In this document: positions 60,983 through 64,000 of the stretch, in pieces
Position numbering within the stretch: position 1 is the stretch's first letter
How the letters are laid out: each line of letters opens with the position of its first letter
DNA from: a bacterium
GTDB taxonomy: Bacteria > SM23-31
Direction: 5' to 3'
DNA: 64,000 bases
Assembly (NCBI GenBank): GCA_965249485.1
Contig: OZ252239.1
Coordinates: forward strand, 256,001-320,000
Translations under genes and position numbers: made by a program
Notes under the pieces: model-generated
What the model was told of the DNA's origin: nothing
Database searches by the model: none
The model's input: the letters and a program-made list of their open reading frames with translations, nothing else

Positions 60983-62129
60983 ATGCACGACCGCGAACGA
61001 CTCCGCCGGATGGTGGAACTGGTTAACGACAATATTGTCAAAGCACACTATTTCAAGACCATTGGCGACCTAAAATCTGCTCAGGAGTGGGCAAAAGGAA
61101 TTTGAACAGAAGGTCTCACTGGGACTGTTCAGCGGTGCCACAAAAATAAAACGGGAATATGAACTGCCATCAGATAGGGCCCGCAGCGCAGCAGGCAGGG
61201 CGATCGATAAGTTTATCGAGTCAGATGATTATGAATATGCCGCGCGGCTCATGAAAGAATTCGGCTTTCCCGAACAGACTTACGTCGATACTGCTGTCGA
61301 AGCTTTTAACCGCTACTTCAAACAGATGCGCTACAAAAAAGCACAGCGTGTCGAAATAGAATTCAGCCTTCCTCTTGCCCGAATCCAGCCTCCTGTTATT
61401 AATATGTTCAAGCATGCCCTCGAAAAAGGCAAATTTGAGCTTGCCGCCAGTCTTGGCAAACAGTACAAACTTCCTCGCAAAGATATTGAGAGTGCGGCTA
61501 TAAAAGCGTTTGAGAAATACTTAAGTGAATTGCATTTTGATAAAGTTGAATATATTATTGAAGAATTTAATATCCCTAAGCAGACCGTACACAAAATTGC
61601 AGCAAATGAATTTAAGGTCCGGTTCCATAAGGGATTTTACGATCATGCACGCTTTTTGAAAAACCATTATCACATTCCGAGAGAGCTCATTATTGATGAA
61701 GTTCTCAGAGTATTTAATCTCCATATGGATAAAGCGCTTTATGCCGAAGCAAGTGTAATCGAGATGGAGTACAAATTACCGAAAAATTTGTGCCGGCCTG
61801 CTGCCTCTAAAGCTTTTTTACATTACCTTAACAGAGATGATTTTGACAATGCGATGAAGTTTTACAAAGTGTACAAGCTCAAACGCAAAGAAGTTATGAA
61901 GCATTTGCTCCATATATTTAACGAAAAAATGGATAAGGGAAATTACACAGCTGCAATACTTCTTAATACGCGATTTCGTCTTCCGCACGATAAAATATTA
62001 CCTGCGGTAAAGCGTTCATATGATATGAACAAGAAGCTCGGCTATATTAACCAGGCCGAAGACCTGAAACGGAAGTTCATGCTTCGTGACAGGAGTATAT
62101 TTGGTCGGATGTTGGAAAAAATATCCTGA
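60983..62129 (+). CDS. Second 34-aa-repeat alpha-solenoid protein; probable start 60983 with a frameshift near the A4 run 61093-61096
   Basis: YELP, FGFP, FSLP, YKLP, FNIP, YHIP, YKLP, YKLK, FRLP recur every 34 aa; repeats continue upstream of the listed ATG 61251. Confidence 0.75.
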
Positions 62130-62214
62130 AAAAGCTAAAATAATAAGTAATAATCTTTGAATTAAATGTGTATATTATTGAACATACCACTATATTTTCA
62201 GAATAATTTGCTCT

Positions 62215-63027
62215 ATGTATTACCGTAATTATGAAATATCCTTCGGGAGTAGTATGACACCCGGAGTCAAGAGGCTCTTGATAGCAAACGGTGTTGTGTT
62301 CCTGCTCCAGACGATCGGCGTCATATCGTCCCGATTTTTCGGGTTGGTACCGGCATTGGTTATTCAGAAATTCTATGTTTGGCAGCTTTTTACCTACATG
62401 TTTTTACATGCAGGTATGTTTCACATTGTATTCAATATGTTCGCCCTTTGGATGTTCGGGAGTGAAATTGAGCGTCATTGGGGAACACGGGAGTTTTGTA
62501 AATATTATTTCATTACGGGCATTGGCGCCGGAATATTTAATGTCATTTTTCAGCATGCAGAGGAGTTTTCCATCATTGGAGCTTCCGGTGCTATTTACGG
62601 TCTTCTGCTTGCATTTGGCCTCATGTTTCCGAACAGACCGATCTTACTCTATTTCTTATTTCCGATTCCTGCAAAATACTTTGTTTTTATCTTCGGCATG
62701 CTCTCATTTATTTCAGCATTTTCAGCAACAAGCGACGGTATCGCTCATTTTGCACATCTCGGCGGTATGGTCGTCGGATTTCTGTATATCAGATTCGACT
62801 GGAAGATAAACCAGTTTTTATCAAAATCAAGTAAGCCGCCGATGAATCTTCATAGGTCAAACACACATAATGAAGATGGTTCCAATGAAGATGGTTCCGT
62901 TGATTTCAGAAAACAGATTGATGAAATTCTTGATAAAATAAACGCAGTTGGTTATCAGAATTTGACCGATGAAGAGAAAAGTATTCTTCAAAAGGCCAGT
63001 AAATATTTTATTAACAAAGAAAAATGA
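62215..63027 (+). CDS. Rhomboid-family intramembrane serine protease with a C-terminal helical domain
   Basis: WQLFTYMFLH, HIVFNM, GASG, AHLGG; IDEILDKINAVGYQNLT.EEK. Confidence 0.92.
   Translation: MYYRNYEISFGSSMTPGVKRLLIANGVVFLLQTIGVISSRFFGLVPALVIQKFYVWQLFTYMFLHAGMFHIVFNMFALWMFGSEIERHWGTREFCKYYFITGIGAGIFNVIFQHAEEFSIIGASGAIYGLLLAFGLMFPNRPILLYFLFPIPAKYFVFIFGMLSFISAFSATSDGIAHFAHLGGMVVGFLYIRFDWKINQFLSKSSKPPMNLHRSNTHNEDGSNEDGSVDFRKQIDEILDKINAVGYQNLTDEEKSILQKASKYFINKEK
62869..62898 (+). repeat. Exact 15-bp tandem duplication (NEDGS x2)
   Basis: aatgaagatggttcc twice, in frame in the rhomboid linker. Confidence 0.9.
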
Positions 63028-63221
63028 CCCTATAATCTTATACTATAGAAATGCACAAAATAATCAAAATTATTTCAGTAAGCCTAAGAAAATGACGTTC
63101 ACTATTGTGAACACAATTTTGTTCATTCCATAATAACCACGGGAGGTACATCTATCGTACATTGTAATAAAGTTTTTTACTAAAAGTTGATTATTTGTGT
63201 ATAGTTTAAGGATTTGTTATT

Positions 63222-64000
63222 ATGTACGATTGGAGTACGTACCGGCGGACAGGTCGTATCCACTGTGTTATTCCGGCAAAGGCTAAGCCTTTTTTTATCC
63301 ACCTCATTTTTATAGCATCCATATGCGCGGGATCCGTGTTCCTTCCTGTTTTCGGAAATTTATACGGACAAACGCTTAAGTCTGTCAGCAACTTTGCTCC
63401 GCTGAAAGCTCTACGGCTTCAAAGCAACACCGTCACCGACATACGGTTCGACGGTCCCAATATCTGGCTCGGGACCGGAAGCGGTCTGACGGTTACGTCT
63501 GATGGAGGACAGACCTATACCTCTTTTGATGACCGTAGCGGTATGGCGCCAGGAAGTACCTCGGCGATTGCCCTCGGCAACTCTGTTATCTGGATCGCTG
63601 CGGCATTTGATACGGTTATTAACGATGAAACAATTTCTGCAGGGGGTGGATTAAGCTGGTCCGATGACGGTGGTGTGAACTGGAATTTTGTTGATCAACC
63701 GGTCGATCCAAATGACGAAGAAGGTCTCGGGTATAAGCCGACAACCACGATTGTACAGAATGTGACATTCGATATTGCTCTCGATGGCTCTTCTATCTGG
63801 ATAACAAGCTGGGGTGGCGGTCTCAGAAAATCCGAAGACAACGGCCTAACATGGGCTGTAGTGACTTCAGACGGTTTACAATTTGACGCACTTGGTAATT
63901 TGAATCACAGGACCTTTTCAGTTATTTCCGCCGCAAACGGCCTCTGGACTGGTACCGCACAAGGAATCAATAAATCTACGGACGGCGGGGAGACATGGAC
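63222..64000 (+). CDS. Exported beta-propeller protein with BNR/Asp-box repeats (3' end outside the window; absent from the ORF track)
   Basis: Manual translation: hydrophobic leader, then TSDGGQTY, SDDGGVNW, SEDNGLTW, STDGGETW. Confidence 0.85.
   Translation, partial: MYDWSTYRRTGRIHCVIPAKAKPFFIHLIFIASICAGSVFLPVFGNLYGQTLKSVSNFAPLKALRLQSNTVTDIRFDGPNIWLGTGSGLTVTSDGGQTYTSFDDRSGMAPGSTSAIALGNSVIWIAAAFDTVINDETISAGGGLSWSDDGGVNWNFVDQPVDPNDEEGLGYKPTTTIVQNVTFDIALDGSSIWITSWGGGLRKSEDNGLTWAVVTSDGLQFDALGNLNHRTFSVISAANGLWTGTAQGINKSTDGGETW

Noticed and set aside
1..64000. Wholesale reassignment of TGA to Trp or Gly (genetic code 4 or 25)
   Set aside because: TGA ends frdB, rnc, fabG, fabD, plsX and others at their expected C-termini, and Trp is normally encoded by TGG here
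1..64000. Mobile elements, prophage, CRISPR arrays, defence systems, tRNA or rRNA genes
   Set aside because: No transposase, integrase, cas gene, repeat-spacer array or cloverleaf was recognised by eye

Overview
Gene-dense bacterial chromosome segment. The gene content (LptD, DUF4175, TonB receptor, Bacteroidetes-type SdhB, eukaryote-type citrate synthase) suggests a diderm FCB-superphylum lineage; this is inference only. The left third is housekeeping: the 3' end of an sdhB, a convergent four-subunit frdABCD, an MBL hydrolase, the yceD-rpmF-plsX-fabHDG-acpP-fabF-rnc cluster, ndk and sucCD. The remainder mixes transport and envelope genes, a phosphate/Mg cluster and scattered orphan motility genes. 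I saw no rRNA, tRNA, CRISPR array or mobile element. Features not visible in the ORF track: (1) a lipoprotein peroxiredoxin with an in-frame UGA exactly at the peroxidatic Cys, followed by hairpins (probable selenoprotein); (2) two further in-frame TGA codons at Trp/aromatic-type positions, one in an Ntn hydrolase with Ser replacing the catalytic Cys; (3) a dispersed set of sigma-28-like promoters in front of fliD, an orphan fliN, a tiny protein with a FliM-like CheY-binding peptide, and a mini-paralog of a membrane PilZ protein; (4) two paralogous proteins built from a 34-aa helical repeat I do not recognise, both ending in an amphipathic helix; (5) a stand-alone murG-HEAT-mraY module outside the dcw cluster; (6) degenerate RecQ-like and 2-phosphoglycerate-kinase-like proteins; (7) a perfect CRP box upstream of the MBL hydrolase. 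Several 1-nt indels in short A/T runs suggest consensus errors, which weakens any recoding claim based on a single base.
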